NCBI RefSeq assembly: GCF_964188315.1
Contig: NC_135656.1
Coordinates: 36,642,001-36,706,000, forward strand
Direction: 5' to 3'
Origin: Podarcis muralis
Lineage: Eukaryota
Length of the DNA: 64,000 nt
Shown here: positions 34,173-46,905 of the stretch, piece by piece
Numbering within the stretch: position 1 is the first letter of the stretch
Layout: each line of letters opens with the position of its first letter
Position numbers and translations under genes: made by a program
Notes under the pieces: generated by a model
Databases searched by the model: none
Told to the model about the DNA's origin: nothing
Seen by the model: only the letters and a program-made list of their open reading frames with translations

Positions 34173-34700
34173 ATTTTTTTTCAATTTTTTAATTTTTATT
34201 GGAATTTTATCTACAACATAACACAAACCCCCTCACCTTCCCAATACACAAATCCACCCTCATTAAACGTGAACATAACATACAGTGAGCATTACATACA
34301 ACAATACAAACAACCAAATAAAAGACTTCCTTTACCCTGTATCTGGCCTCCTTATTTTCTTCTTATAAACGGTTTCCTTTATGAATAATTATTAAGATTT
34401 TTCTAATTATAACTTAAATATTCACAAAGTCTCCTGCAGACATTAATCAAAACAAGTCCAGGTATGTATTTTAGGGCACTGTTTTGTGAAGTATTCTCTG
34501 CATTTTCCCCATGCTTTTTGAAACTCTTGTCTAGTGTGATCTCTAATTGCCTCTGTTAATCTAGCCAGTTCACTATACTCTAACAGTTTATCTTGCCATT
34601 CCTTTTTTGTTGGCACAGTTTCTTTTTTCCAGTTTTTAGCAATTAGGATCCTTGCCGCTCCTGTGGCATAGAGGAATATTTTCTGATCTTCTCTTGCTAT
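34173..34700 (-). mobile_element. L1-clade LINE, 5'-truncated 3' end
   Basis: ORF 34443-34745(-) contains IFLYATGAARILIAKNWKKETVPTKKEWQDKLLEYSELARLT; T-rich tail at ~34173-34200; possible TSD gcacttta at 34165-34172 and 34701-34708. Confidence 0.85.
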
Positions 34701-35820
34701 GCACTTTACATCCTGTGCCTCTTGGCATAAGGTAGCAGGTACCATGCAAAAAATGATAATACTGTGGCCAAATCATGGAAATGAAATTCCGCTGTGAAAG
34801 CATTTCTCAGCCCAGATCTTATGGGATGTTTCTGCCATTAGAGAATGATAATGTCTGTTTTAAAGTTGGGTTTACTTATTCCCTTTATTTTTTAACCAAT
34901 TACATAAAAATTGAAATTTAGTTAAAGATGGATTTAGAGGCCTCTCATAACCAGAGGCCCTAAACTGTAGGTTGCTTAACACTGGTAGGAGTACAGGTTT
35001 ACAACACAAAACTAGTCAAGTCTACTCAGACATAAAGCCTATTGAATTCAATTGGCCTTACTCCCAGTTACTAGGGAGTAGGATTGCAGCCTTAGTCACA
35101 TAGCTTCTCCAGGGTCCTTGCTCTCTTATCTCAGTGGGCCATAGGACATGTTCAAACTAGAGTTCTTTGCCTGGAGTTGGTGGGGAAACTTTCTTTCTTT
35201 CTCTTTTTGCCAGTTCATTCCACAGTGTGTTGCTGAATAATTTCTCCCCTCTCCTGATCTGATCACTCCGTAAGCCTGCTAATGGTTCACCTCCACAGCT
35301 GGTAATGCAAGGCTGATGAAGCCACTGCTTGTATGAAAATGGCATAATAGAATTAGAAGGGCAAAGTAGCGCAGAGCGGAAATGGTTTGGGAAAAGTTTA
35401 ATCTCATTACGGGAAGAGATAGCTGAAGATCTTACAGATGGATCTTCTTCATAATTATAGAGTCAGGAGTTCCTGCAACCCTTTAGCTATCTCGCTAGTG
35501 CTTCTAAAGAATTCACTGAAGCATATAATTGCAACAAAGAATTTATTAGGTTCGTCCTCCATTTTCTGTCCATGAACATTTAAAAGTCTCAGGTGTCTAC
35601 ACATTATTTTCTGTGACTTGCTCATGTCTTTAGCGACTTCAGAATGGTTTTTACTTTCAGTGTAGGAATGGAGCTTGAATCCCTCCTCCAAATCCTTTGT
35701 CAAACCTCCTCCCATTTCCCTCCTCACACCCCACAATGATCTAAATTGGGCACAATCCAGTTAAAGTTCAGCACTCACTTGAAAGACCTTGACTAAAGCT
35801 GTCTTCTGTGTGCCCAAACC

Positions 35821-36160
35821 CAGGGGCAGAGGAAGGGGGGTGCAGTGGAGTGGTCCACCCCCGGTGTCACCACTGAGGGGGTGACAAAATGCCAGGCGGC
35901 ACTCACTGCAGGGCCTGCAGTGCACCCGAGCCACATGTCTCTCCTGGGAGTGACATGGTGGCTTGGGCACCCACAGGCTCCGCGGTGCCCCAAACAGTCT
36001 GCTCCCCCCCAGCTCGGGAGTGGGAGAAGGCAGGCAAACTCCTCAAAGGCCTCACGGAGCATCCTGCCCCAGCTCGCCCTGCCCCATGGGCAGCTGGCTC
36101 CACCCCTGGGTGCAGGGCATTTGTGCCACCCAGGTGCCCGATTGGCTTGCTCCACCGCTG
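35821..36160. mobile_element. GC-rich hAT-type MITE (340 bp)
   Basis: Ends caggggcagaggaag / cttgctccaccgctg; 8-bp TSD cccaaacc / ccccaacc. Confidence 0.7.
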
Positions 36161-37560
36161 CCCCAACCCTCTGAGGTGGTGGCACTCACCTGTCTGTTAT
36201 GTCCTCCCCAGGGAGCCTTGCCCAGGTCCTCACCTTGATGGGTTTTGGTGCCGGGAAATGGCATTTTAATTGTATTTCCCCAGGCCTCTTAATCACCTGA
36301 ACCTACTTTAAAATTGTTGTGCTGGTTTTTTATTATTGTATTATTGAAACTTATTCTTCTTAGCTTAAGCTGCTCTGGGATGTCGCTTGGTATTGATGAT
36401 GGTGGATATAAATTACTCACTCAAGTGTCACTCACTCAAATTACTCACTCAACGATCAAATAGATAAAATAACCAACAGTTCTTTTGCAGCATCTTGATA
36501 AACAATTGCAAAGGCAGATTTGACCATATACTCTGGGGTTCATTTCTCCCAGTAAGGTGAACCTCCATATGCCAACGAAACAAAACAAAACAAAACAAAA
36601 CACTTATTGGTGGTGTTGCTCATGGAAGCACGTTGCTCAAAACAGCCGTGTGCCACCTCTTCCCAAGGGAAAGAAAGAGGGTAGGCCAGAAAAGCTTGTG
36701 CAGGGACACCCCATGTGGATACAGAGATTTATTGTATTTATTTTACCAGTGGAGCAACTGGAGCACTGCCTGTCTACCTTCAACCAAACTCTCAGCTGCC
36801 CACCTTCTAATTTACAACAGCCAGTCGAGTGGCTGGCACTACCTGCCAGTTTCCTCCTCCTTAGTCTCAGAGTTGATTCTTTGTAGATCTCAGCAGGGAG
36901 GAGGATGGGAACAAGGCTAGAATGAGTTGGCTGTGCTTGTCATTGGCTCTGGTGCCACCTACTTCTAGTCCTCCTGCCTTCCACCCTACCAGTCCCAATT
37001 GGCATCAGCCACCTTAATGTATTTTACAAAATGACAGGAACATGCTAAAGGATAAGAGACAAGCCCAATCCCAAATTCACCAATTTCAACTCCTATGACT
37101 GTCTAAATTAAAAATAATAATAATAAAAGGTTCTTAGCTCCACCCCTAGTTTCCTGGGCTAATTCAAATATTTTCATACAAAGGAAACAATATTTCTGAA
37201 TAAAGAATATTGTTAAGTAGAAGAATGAAACTGCAACATGTTCAAAGACTATCATTTGCTATCTGCCATGTTCGTTAAAATTATATGCAAATTGTTAATT
37301 AGTGACTACTGAAACATGCAAATGAGTAGAGGCTGTCTGGGCCACGTGTCCATTCAACTGTTGTCCTCTTAAATGACACATGTTGTTGGTACTGGATTAA
37401 TTGTGGGACTTTCAGCCAACAGGTTAAAATGCCAAGCAAAGGATTGGTAGACCATTAACTCCCATGGCAAAGAACTGAAGGGTTAAACAAATAACTGAAA
37501 TAGCTTTAAAATAGTGTGGTTGCCAAAGATGCCTGAAATATCTGAATTTTCTCTTTGCAG

Positions 37561-37707
37561 CTTTTCATTGGGTTTGGTTTCCCCTATGAGGGCCCCGCCC
37601 CCTTGGAAGCAATAGCCAATGGGTGTGTTTTCCTGCAGGCTCGTTTCAACCCACCCCACAGTTCACTCAATCATGAATTCTTCAGAGGGAAGCCTACATC
37701 GAGAGAG
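37561..37707 (+). CDS. MGAT5B: MGAT5B coding exon H (147 nt, phase 0-0): LFIGFGFPYEGPAPLEAIANGCVFLQARFNPPHSSLNHEFFRGKPTSRE
   Basis: Acceptor ctctttgcag|CTT and donor GAG|gtaagc; GFPYEGPAPLEAIANGC is the GT-B donor-binding motif of this family. Confidence 0.97.
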
Positions 37708-37776
37708 GTAAGCCTGCTCTGAAATTGTGCAGCAAAGATCTTAGAGCTGAGCCTAATTGATCTAGGTATTTCTAAA

Positions 37777-37885
37777 GCAGGGATGGGCAGCCTGTGGCCC
37801 TCCAGATGTTGCTAGACAGGTCAGGGGTGATGGGAATTGTAGTCCAGCAGCAGTGTCCGGAGAGCCACAAGTCCACCATCCCTGA
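37777..37885. mobile_element. Old palindromic hAT-type MITE, internally deleted (approximate limits)
   Basis: cagggatgggcagcctgtggccctccagatgttg ... gagagccacaagtccaccatccctg. Confidence 0.65.
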
Positions 37886-37939
37886 CATACTTGCAGCTTC
37901 ATCACCGCTCTAACAGTGGGGTAGGAGTGCTGAAAAAAG

Positions 37940-38312
37940 TTCACATCTGGCAAGCAATGTGCCCCTTGGGTTTCAGATAGTACTTGGGTTGACGAGTCTA
38001 AAAGGCCCAGGACACAAATTTTCACAGCCCTCTTTCTGCTACGGTGGCTGATTTACCAGAAGTATAGTATTTAGCATTAACTCTGGATGTGTATACTCAA
38101 TTCTGAATAAACTAAACCCCCTAGAGCAAAATATACATCAGAAGGCTTAGTTTGGTCAGAATTGAGTATACACTTCCATACATACATTATTTCTGGCAAA
38201 TGAGCCACCATAGCTGCCAAAGGGCTGTGAAAATTTGTGTCCCAGGCTTCTTAGACTTGTCTACCCATGTATTTTCTGAAACCAAAGGGTCACATTGCTT
38301 GCCAGATGTGAA
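37940..38312. repeat. Long inverted repeat (92-bp arms, 189-bp spacer); foldback/MITE-like
   Basis: 37940-38031 is the reverse complement of 38221-38312, at roughly 85% identity by eye. Confidence 0.85.
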
Positions 38313-38339
38313 ATATATTGGCATTATTTTCAGCTCTCG

Positions 38340-38692
38340 TAAAGGTAAAGGGACCCCTGACCATTAGGTCCAGTCATAGCAGACTATGGGGTTGCGGTGC
38401 TCATCTCACTTTATTGGCTGAGGGAGCTGGCGTACAGCTTCTGGGTCATGTGGCCAGCAAGACTAAGCCGCTTCTGGCGAACCAGAGCAGAGCACGGAAG
38501 CACCGTTTACCTTCCCGCCGGAGCAGTACCTATTTATCTACTTGCACTTTGGTGTGCTTTCGAACTGCTAGGTTGGCAGGAGCAGGGACCGAGCAATGGG
38601 AGCTCACACCGTCGCGGGGATTTGAACTGCCGACCTTCTGATCAGCAAGTCCTAGGCTCTGTGGTTGAACCCACAACGCCACCTGCATCCCC
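38340..38692 (-). mobile_element. Sauria (Squam1) SINE, full length, antisense
   Basis: taaaggtaaagggacccctgaccattaggtccagtc ... ctgtggttgaacccacaacgccacctgcatccc is the reverse complement of the 62138 copy. Confidence 0.93.
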
Positions 38693-39449
38693 CACTGTAC
38701 CCCACTGTAAATGTACCAGCCTTTCAGAGAACCAGTGTGTTCTAGGGGGTAGGATTATGACCTTCGATTTGGAACAGGAGTACATTGGGTGGTATTCAAC
38801 CTAGTGCTAAGTCCCTCATTCCATCAGTGTGAAGATTTCACCATGGTCAACAAAACATTATCTCCACCTCTCCCCCCTCCCCCAGTTCATGCCCCCTAAA
38901 TCTGTTCTAAGATTATCTCCAACCCTCTGGGGTAGATTTGTGTAGGGCATGTGCATCGGGGAGAAAGAGGGGAGGAGGTTCCTGTTGCTTAAGAAATCCT
39001 TGCACTGATGGGATGTAGTAGTTCATAATGCCTGTTGTTCTCTTCCAGCCTCAGTACCCTCATTTGTAAAAATATTAGAGGGGGGGACCTGTACAGGTGA
39101 GCTGTTGTGAGAATGAAGGAGAGCTGCTTCAAATGTCACTTTGCCATGATAAAATTATAATAAGAATAAGTACATACCTTGTAATATGTATATAGGTGCA
39201 TGAGGGAAGGGTGAGGCAGCCACATCATGTACAGGGATCTGAGAAGATGGTTCTACCTGAATTAGTACATGTCTGAAAATGAATATTTCTTCCATGGCTT
39301 AAAGAAGTTTGTACTATATATAAGCTCCACTCATTTTCCTTTATTTCCTTATTGCCATTTCTGATCCTCACGCTTTGCTTTGTTTTCTGAAATGCTTGCA
39401 GCCACAGTGCCCCCTGCAGGAAGTATTATGTTTCCTTCCTGTATTTTAG

Positions 39450-39566
39450 GTACCCTCCCAGCATCCCTATGCAGAGGATTTTATAGGGAAACCCCATGTG
39501 TGGACAGTGGACTACAATAATTCAGAGGAATTTGAAGCTGCTATCAAAGTCATTATGAGGACCAAG
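39450..39566 (+). CDS. MGAT5B: MGAT5B coding exon I (117 nt, phase 0-0): VPSQHPYAEDFIGKPHVWTVDYNNSEEFEAAIKVIMRTK
   Basis: Acceptor gtattttag|GTA and donor AAG|gtaact; SQHPYAE and IGKPHVWTVD motifs. Confidence 0.96.
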
Positions 39567-40015
39567 GTAACTGCCAGCCAAGCCTCCTGAAACATTATTA
39601 GTCATAGAAATCGAGCCTTTTATTTCAATATTTTGCCAAAAAAAAATAAAAAATACCCCAGTGGGTGGATTCAACAAGAACAATGGCAGGTTGAGAATGA
39701 GTGTGGGTTTGCAGCCCATCTCAGGAAAATAAAGAGAAACATGACCTATTTCAGGTGTTTTCTATCCCTGCCCCTACAAACTATAGGACAGAAAGTCAGG
39801 CCATCTGGATTAGAAGGTGTTAATAAGTGAGTGAGCTGTGTTTTGCTTTTACTTTCTTAACTTCTCCTCAAAGTTTCATTTTTTAAAATGTCACTTTCAA
39901 CAAACACAGTTAAAAATAAAAACTTGGCCTTTAGAAACTCAAGACATAGGAGTGTGTCCCTTATGTGACTCCCAAAACACTCATGACTGTTTCCAACTTT
40001 ATTTTAAGATGTACA

Positions 40016-40440
40016 TAGAGGTGGGGGAGAAATTTGATTCAGTTCACATTTAAAGGCAAGTTTACTTGATCTGCACTTTCTGAAGCAATGTGAGCACCAA
40101 GACCTGTCCTTTGAAATTTTCACTTCTCTGAATTTTGCAATGCAGTTTCTCAGCCTATCCATATACAAAAACCCATATACTATGGGAAAGTGTGCACAAA
40201 ATTTGCACATATTCGTGAAAATAACATGCAAGTATGCATTATATTAGGGGGAATTGCACTGCAGAAAAGGTGTCTGTTAGGCAAAATTGCATACAAATAT
40301 GTATATGTTTGCAGAAGAAAAGAAAAGAGGGCTTTTCATGAAGACTTAAAAAAAAAGAAACCACATATGGGAGAACTGAAGACTGGGGGGGGGGATGTGA
40401 AATGAAGACGAAACAGAACTGACAGATCCACCCATCCCTT
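40016..40440 (+). mobile_element. TAGGG-terminus hAT family, copy 2
   Basis: Ends tagaggtggg / cccatccctt; 8-bp TSD gatgtaca / catgtaca; the body matches the 4298 copy. Confidence 0.75.
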
Positions 40441-40766
40441 CATGTACATAAACATAACATAATGTAGGACAGGCACATACATTCAACTATTTCATAGCAA
40501 TGACCCACATATGGCAAACTCAATGCTGGGATTTCTGCTCCTGGTTTTACCAGGAGTTAAAAGCAAAACTAAACTTACATTTGAAAGAAATACTTCTAAA
40601 GTGACTTTTGCAAGCATTCATAGACCAAATGAGACATTGCAGTTAATATCTGGCTGCCGCAAAAAACGGTTGCCACGCATTTTGTTCTCATTCTCCCCTG
40701 TGGAATATTGAAGGAGAATTTATACCTTGTGACTTGTGTGACATCAGAATGTTCAACAAGGTCTTA

Positions 40767-40930
40767 AGGCTAGCTCAGTCAGGAGAACATGAGCCTCTTA
40801 AGAGACTCTTCATTTCAAGATCATGGGTTTGAGTCCCACATTGCACAAAAAATTCTTGCGCTGCAGGGAGTTGGACTAGATGTCCCTCATGCTTCCTTCA
40901 AACTCTGCAATTCTATGAATACAATTCTAT
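40767..40930 (+). mobile_element. Degraded tRNA-derived SINE with CR1-type tail (approximate limits)
   Basis: gctagctcagtc...gggtttgagtccc...gggagttggactagatg...ccttcaaactct..attctatga..attctatga. Confidence 0.6.
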
Positions 40931-42027
40931 GAAATAAACAGATGACCAGGCCTGCTGTCCGCACTGAGGTCTGCTCATGAGGGTGAAACACACATGTCAT
41001 GAGTGACCCAAGGTTGCCTTTGCTAGTTGATACAGAAGAGGAAGGGGGAACCAGATGTATTTCCTGCACTTTTTTGAAAACGGTCACACCTTTGCCACTG
41101 TTAACATCTAGTTTAGCCCTAAGATATGAGTTTTAAGATTGCATGTACAGAAAGAAGTAACATCAGCCAGAGGCCTCAGCATTTATACCTTTGTTTTCAG
41201 ATAAATCTTTTCCAGCTTCTGGGCAATTTCTCAAAGATTGCTCTGCAGAGCTTCTCCTGTATCAGGAGATATTAACACAACTTGCCTGCTGTTCACTCCT
41301 ACCATGCAAGTGCTATAAATGCTCAGGATAATTTATCTTCTTTGATTTAATTATTCATTATTAGTATATTAGCAGTATTTGTATTAAGCCAGCCAACAAT
41401 AAGAGGAAGAGCCTCAAGTGCTGCCTTTTAAATATGAGCATTGTAGACACACACACACACACACTTTTTTGAAGAAAAAAAATGGCTGGGAAGTAAGGAA
41501 AAGGACCTTCTGAAAAATGCAGCACCTGCTGTGTGATGCGGTTTCTCAAAGACTTTTAAAATGTATCTGTCATGAATATTTACTTCTCCCACAGCAGAAG
41601 CCTTTCAAGTTGTCCAGATCATTAAAGTCAATTCTCCTGGAGGGAGAAAATGTGCTGATCTCCATTTTGCTCACAATTTGCTTTGGGTGGGGGAGATGGG
41701 TGTCTCTGTTGTTTGAAAAGACAATGTGCTGCAAAATGGTGCCTCTCTTAATACCCAAGTCTGACTCAGAAGGTTGGCAGGAATCAGGGAACTCAAATCA
41801 ACTGAGTGACTATTAAAAGGGATTTTTTTTTTTAGGAACCAGTGATTGCTGCATCACATGTTACGTAGTAGCAACTCCAAGCTTGTCTCCAAGTGAACAC
41901 AGGCCAGGAAGCTATCACCAGTCCCAGCTCCCCAATAAGCATACCTGGATCACCCAATCCATAGAGGTAGCCATATTAGTCTGTAGCAGAAGAAAACGCA
42001 GAAAGTCTGATAGCTTCTTAAAGACTA

Positions 42028-42271
42028 CATCGGTACCTTGGTTTACAACCATAATCCGTTCTGGAGGTCCGTTTCTAAACCAAAACAGGTTGTAACCCAA
42101 GGCGTGCTTTCGCCAATGGGGCCTCCAAAAATGTTTTGTTCTTAATCCAAAAAAAAAGGGTTGTAATCCAAAAAGGTTGCAAACTGGGACACGACACACA
42201 CTTCCGGGTTTAACGTGTTTGTAATCCAAAACGTATGCAAACCAAGACGTATGCAAACCAAGGTACCACTG
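42028..42271. mobile_element. Tc1/mariner (pogo/Tigger-like) MITE, related subfamily
   Basis: catcggtaccttggtt / aaccaaggtaccactg termini; TA flanks. Confidence 0.85.
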
Positions 42272-43472
42272 TACTAGATTTATTTTTTTCATTACAGTTT
42301 CATAGACTGTAAAGAAAACAGCCATAATATATCTTCTCTTCCTTAAGGTGACACAAGACTCTTTTGTTTCCATATGACATGAAGGTTTGCTACCTTGTTT
42401 AGACTGCTGGGCATGAGAGATGGGGCCTTTTTGGTGGTGGCTCTGCCCTTGTGGAGTTCTATTCCAGTTGAGATTCAAATCACCCTACCATCCCAAGTGG
42501 AAGTTAAAGACCTATCTGTTCTGAGACTTTTCTCCCTGCCCTTGCAAGTATACTATACTTCTGCTGCTGTGTTTGGTGCCTCTAGTTTCATCAGATGTTG
42601 TGGTTTTATATTTTACTTTGTGAAGTCTTGGCCCTGAAACAAATAAATTCATATCCTTCCCCTCCACCACCATTAAGTTCAATTAATCAAATTTAGACCG
42701 CTCAAACTAGCAACCAAGTAATAGCAAGCAATAACAACTCTCCAGCATCTGAGTAGTTAGCCTGATGTGGGGGGTGGGGGTTTCTGATTTCCATATCTCC
42801 AAAATTTTGAGAAATACCCTGAGAAATATAACTATTCTCTGAGCATGTAAACAAGAGAATATTGGGTAAATGGGAGGTTTCTTAATGTATTTGACTGAAG
42901 AGGCAACAGCAGATAGCATGATTAAAAGCAGGTGGGGCATGTCTCCTCACAAGCAATAGTCAGCCTTCTGCTGTAGAAGCTGTGTATCTACTCTAGAACC
43001 ACTTTGCTCCAACTGTGGGCCTATATTTGGTTCAAGTTCAAAATTGGTCCATAATGATGTAGGGCAAGATCTCCCTGTTGTTGGAGAACTGTATGAGATG
43101 AAAGCCTCCAAAGGGGGTCAAGTTGGGTCAGGCCTCGCATTTCAAAAGAACACGGTCAGGAAGCTAAAATAAGACCTTCAGAGCCTTCTTTTCTTTAACA
43201 AGTGTTAAACAGATTGACCCGCTTTCAATGAAGAGCAGAAGAGTGGCAATGAGACCTCTCCCCACCCACGCAGTAGACACACTTCAAACGGAGGACCAAG
43301 TTAGGCGCTCATCTTCCAACTATGAATTCTGGTCTCTTATTGACTTGCTTTGAAAACCCAGAGCAATATCGCTATATGAATCCTTAGGTTTTGTCATTCG
43401 TATAAATAACAGGAGCTGTTTGTTCAACTCCTCGGTCTCAGACAGAAAGGTGGGGCTGCTTCAGCAAGAAAT

Positions 43473-44226
43473 TAGGGTGTGTGGGGGGGATTGGTTTTGT
43501 TCGCATTTCAGTCTGCACTTCTCAAACCCATAGGCAAACTGACACATGATTATCCTTCAAAATTCACACTCCCCTGAATTTTGTAGCACAGTTCTCCAAG
43601 CAAATGATGTTTACAAAAATGCTTCTGCTAGGGGAAAGGGTGCAGGATAATACTGGCTGTTGTGGCAATGCTATGCTAGGTGGCAGAAGTCCTCTTCGGC
43701 TGATGAAGTGGAGGCCTCTGATAAGGAAGGCCAAAGGGCAGACAGGGCTTGCTCCAGACGTGTTGCTACCTGACAAACCTGCAGTACCTATGTCCCACCT
43801 AACCGGAGGATGTGGCACTGCCATCCTCACTCAGAGGACTCCATGGGGGACTCAGTGAAACCAGAGACTCCCCCACTCTGGGACAGTAAGAGACCAATGA
43901 AGAGAGCTGGGTTCCTTTCAGCAAAGCAGCACCTTCCAGTATGGGCGAGCCTCGCCATCAGGAGGCAGTAGTGCTACTATCATATAGGGCTGAGGTTGTT
44001 CCCTGCTGAAGCAACAGAGGAGCTTTGTGTATGCAGAGCACAGGTTGAGCCCCTGGCTTCCAGCTGAACCATTCTCCACCTATTCTTGCAAATTTGCACT
44101 AAAATACGGATGAATTTTCAAGGGAAGCTTTTTTTTAAAAAAAAAGCAAAAATGTGGAAATGTGAAGAACTGAAGACTGGAAAAAGAGAAACCAAAGGAA
44201 ACAAAAATTAACATATTTGCCCAATC
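43473..44226 (+). mobile_element. TAGGG-terminus hAT family, split copy interrupted by unclassified sequence (~43620-44080)
   Basis: The 5' half (tagggtgtgtgg...ccttcaaaattcacac...gaattttgtagcacagttctcc) and 3' half (ggatgaattttca...gaagaactgaagactggaaaaagagaaacc) match other copies. Confidence 0.5.
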
Positions 44227-44974
44227 AGCAGACAGGTGGGTGGGCAATGTCACCCCACAAACAACAGGGAGACCAAGAAGGATGTGATGCAGCTGCCCTC
44301 AAGGGCAGAACCAGAAGTGATAGTGATCACACGTGGGGTAGAAGCAAATAGAGTCAGGGGCTCCAGGTCCTAGCTTAGCAGCTCCTGATCCCACTGACAA
44401 CAATGGAGTTTGGATCCACCTTTCATTTTAATTTGAGATGTAAGAAAACTTTGATGCCACAATGCAACTAAAATGTGCAGTGAAACTCTGAGAGAAAATG
44501 GTTGGCTGGCGTACCCCCTCAGCCCTGTCCTACCCTCAGTTCCCATTCCGGAATGCATCTTCCTAGGTTACTCCCTCAACACATTAGAGCTGCTTTCAAA
44601 AATATGTTCTGTAAACCACCCGGAAAGCGGTAGAGAATACAAAGCGATTTGCAGCCACTTTGCTCCTTTTTATTTTTCAAGGGCTGGGATATTAGAGATG
44701 CTGTCAAGGCAATTAGGCCTAAAAACTGACCTACCTTAAAAGCTTGAAAGCCTTATTATAGTCTTTTTGCTGTTGGGTTCCCCAGATATTTTGTCTTTGA
44801 AACACTGTTCTGCTGCAGCAGGAAATGTACAAAGAAGAAAAACAACGGCGAGGTTGAGGAGGAGACTGGGGGGCTTAGAATGGACGTTCTCAACAGGCTG
44901 TCTATGTCCTGAAGTTTTATTCCCCTGCCTCCAATTTGGCTAGAATGGGAATCTTTGAATTTGTGAGTAATACA

Positions 44975-45100
44975 GAGGTAGTCAACATGGCGTCCTCCAG
45001 ATGTTTCTGAACTACAACTCCCATCATCTCCAAGCATGGGCCATGCTGGTTAGACCTGATTAGTCAAACAACATCTGGAAGCCACCACATTGGCTACCCC
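44975..45100. mobile_element. Old palindromic hAT-type MITE (approximate limits)
   Basis: gaggtagtcaacatggcgtcctccagatgttt..actacaactcccatc ... aacatctggaagccaccacattggctacccct. Confidence 0.65.
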
Positions 45101-46237
45101 TACGGTAGATAGTCTAAGTGTGCAGAGCTCCTTCTCTTGTTGATCTGAATGAAGAGCATTGCTTGTTACTAAAGCTTCTGCAAGCTTCTTTGTGCTGGGT
45201 TTATGTTTGCACAGTTTGTGGACCCATCAGCCAAACACAGCTGAGCTAGAAGCTCAAGAGCCCCCCCCCCCCCCCGAGGTTGTCCTGGCCTAGTTTATGT
45301 GCTCATGTTTTTGGTCCAGCTATCCAACATAAGTTATGGTTCCTGAAGATAATTATAGCAAGAGCTTACCTCCCCCCCCCCTTGCAACACTCAGCATCTC
45401 ATAGCATAAGGAGAGGAGACTACAGAGCAGCTGCATGAAGCCAAGAGAGCATGTGAGACAAAAAAGACAAATTGCAGCCCACGGGGAAAGGTGACACTGG
45501 GAGTATTGTCCCTGTGATGAATTACAGCTCTTAGCGGAGAGGTTAAAGGCGACAGGCAGAGACGGGGTGGCTTTCCTTTGAGGTCATTTGCTTGAACTTC
45601 AGCTTCTACATTTTCAAAGAAAAAACCACGGTTCTTACACAAGCAATTTAATACAGCCAATATTCTGGTGTAGTGAAGGGAGAAGCCTTCATTATATTAA
45701 AGTCAAATGTACAGGAATATAATGGAAAATTATATATTTCAGGCTATGCTTGGGAGAGTAGCATATTAAGCATTGCTGTGAAAATAGCTGGTTAAAATAT
45801 CCCCAGGCTGCTGCTACACACTGTTAGACAATTGCATTATTTTCTATTTATTTGGCTGATAACATTTAGGTTGGGCTTTCTCCCCCCTACCTTCCTCCCA
45901 CAATTTTGTTTGAGAAGGATTCATTATTCTTCTCGGAGCTATGATTCCTGTTGGAGACCCAGATTCCTGTGGAGAAATCATATATTTGAATCTATTCCTG
46001 GGTTGTGAGTACGTTTGCTTGCTACCCATTATTTGAATGGAAGCGCCCTCTTTTAAGAGACTGTATTTATCATGGTACATTGGTACTGCTGCAATAAAGC
46101 CAACTTCCAGAGCACCTCTACAAAAATGTGGCTCAGCTGACATGCCTAGAGACTGAGAGGAAGCTCACATCTAAGTGAGATGACCTGTTACTATGTTAGC
46201 CACCCTGAGTGGCTGGAGCAACACAGTCAGATAGTAT

Positions 46238-46271
<34 letters not shown>
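46238..46271. repeat. (TAC)11 microsatellite, the tail of an L2-type 3' end (~46195-46237)
   Basis: Read directly; preceded by ttagccaccctgagtggctggagcaacacagtcagat. Confidence 0.9.
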
Positions 46272-46905
46272 GGCCGTTGTTACTACCAACCTTACAATAT
46301 GCTTGTGAAACATGGACAACTTATAAACACCATCTCCAACTCCTCAAAAGATTCCATCAACGGTGTCTCTGAAAAAAATTACACATCACTTGGGAAGTCA
46401 GGCGAACTAATATCAGTGTACTGGCAGAAGCAAAGATTACGAGTGTTGAAGCAACATCAACTTCGTTGGACTGGTCATGTTGTGCAGATGCCTGATGATC
46501 GTCTTACAAAGCAACTATTCTATTCCGAACTTTAAAATGGAAAGCGTAATGCTGGTGGTCAACAGAAGAGGTTTAAAGACAGTCTCAAGGCAAATCTTTA
46601 AAAATGTAGTATAAACACCGTCAACTGGGAAACACTGGTCTGTGAGTGCTCCAGTTGGAGAACAGCCTTTACCAAAGGTGTCATGGGCTTTGAAGACACT
46701 CGAACTCAGGGCACATGTGCTAAGAGGAAGGCACACTTGGCAAATCCACACCATGATCAACTCCCGCCCGGAAACCAAAGCTCCCACTGTGGAAGGATGT
46801 GTGAATCCAGAATTGGCCTCCACCCTCACTTACGGACTCATCGTTAAAACCGTGTTTATGGAAGACAATCTTACTCGGCTACAAGTGATCGCCAAAAAAG
46901 AAAGA
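46272..46905 (+). mobile_element. RTE-clade LINE distinct from Bov-B, 3' end, decayed (approximate limits)
   Basis: Frameshifted peptides ACETWTTY, RFHQRC, QLRWTGHVVQMPDDRLTKQLFYSEL, GGQQKRFKDSLK and a C-terminal zinc-finger-like HCGRMCESRIGLHPHLRTH*. Confidence 0.85.

Noticed and set aside
41915-42478. 187-aa minus-strand ORF
   Set aside because: It spans a Tc1-type MITE and L2 debris, with no transposase or other recognisable motif.
45261-45276. Long homopolymer C/G runs (also near 12177, 13156, 28981) as G-quadruplex elements
   Set aside because: They are simple mononucleotide runs, several inside repeats and prone to sequencing error. Nothing supports a function.
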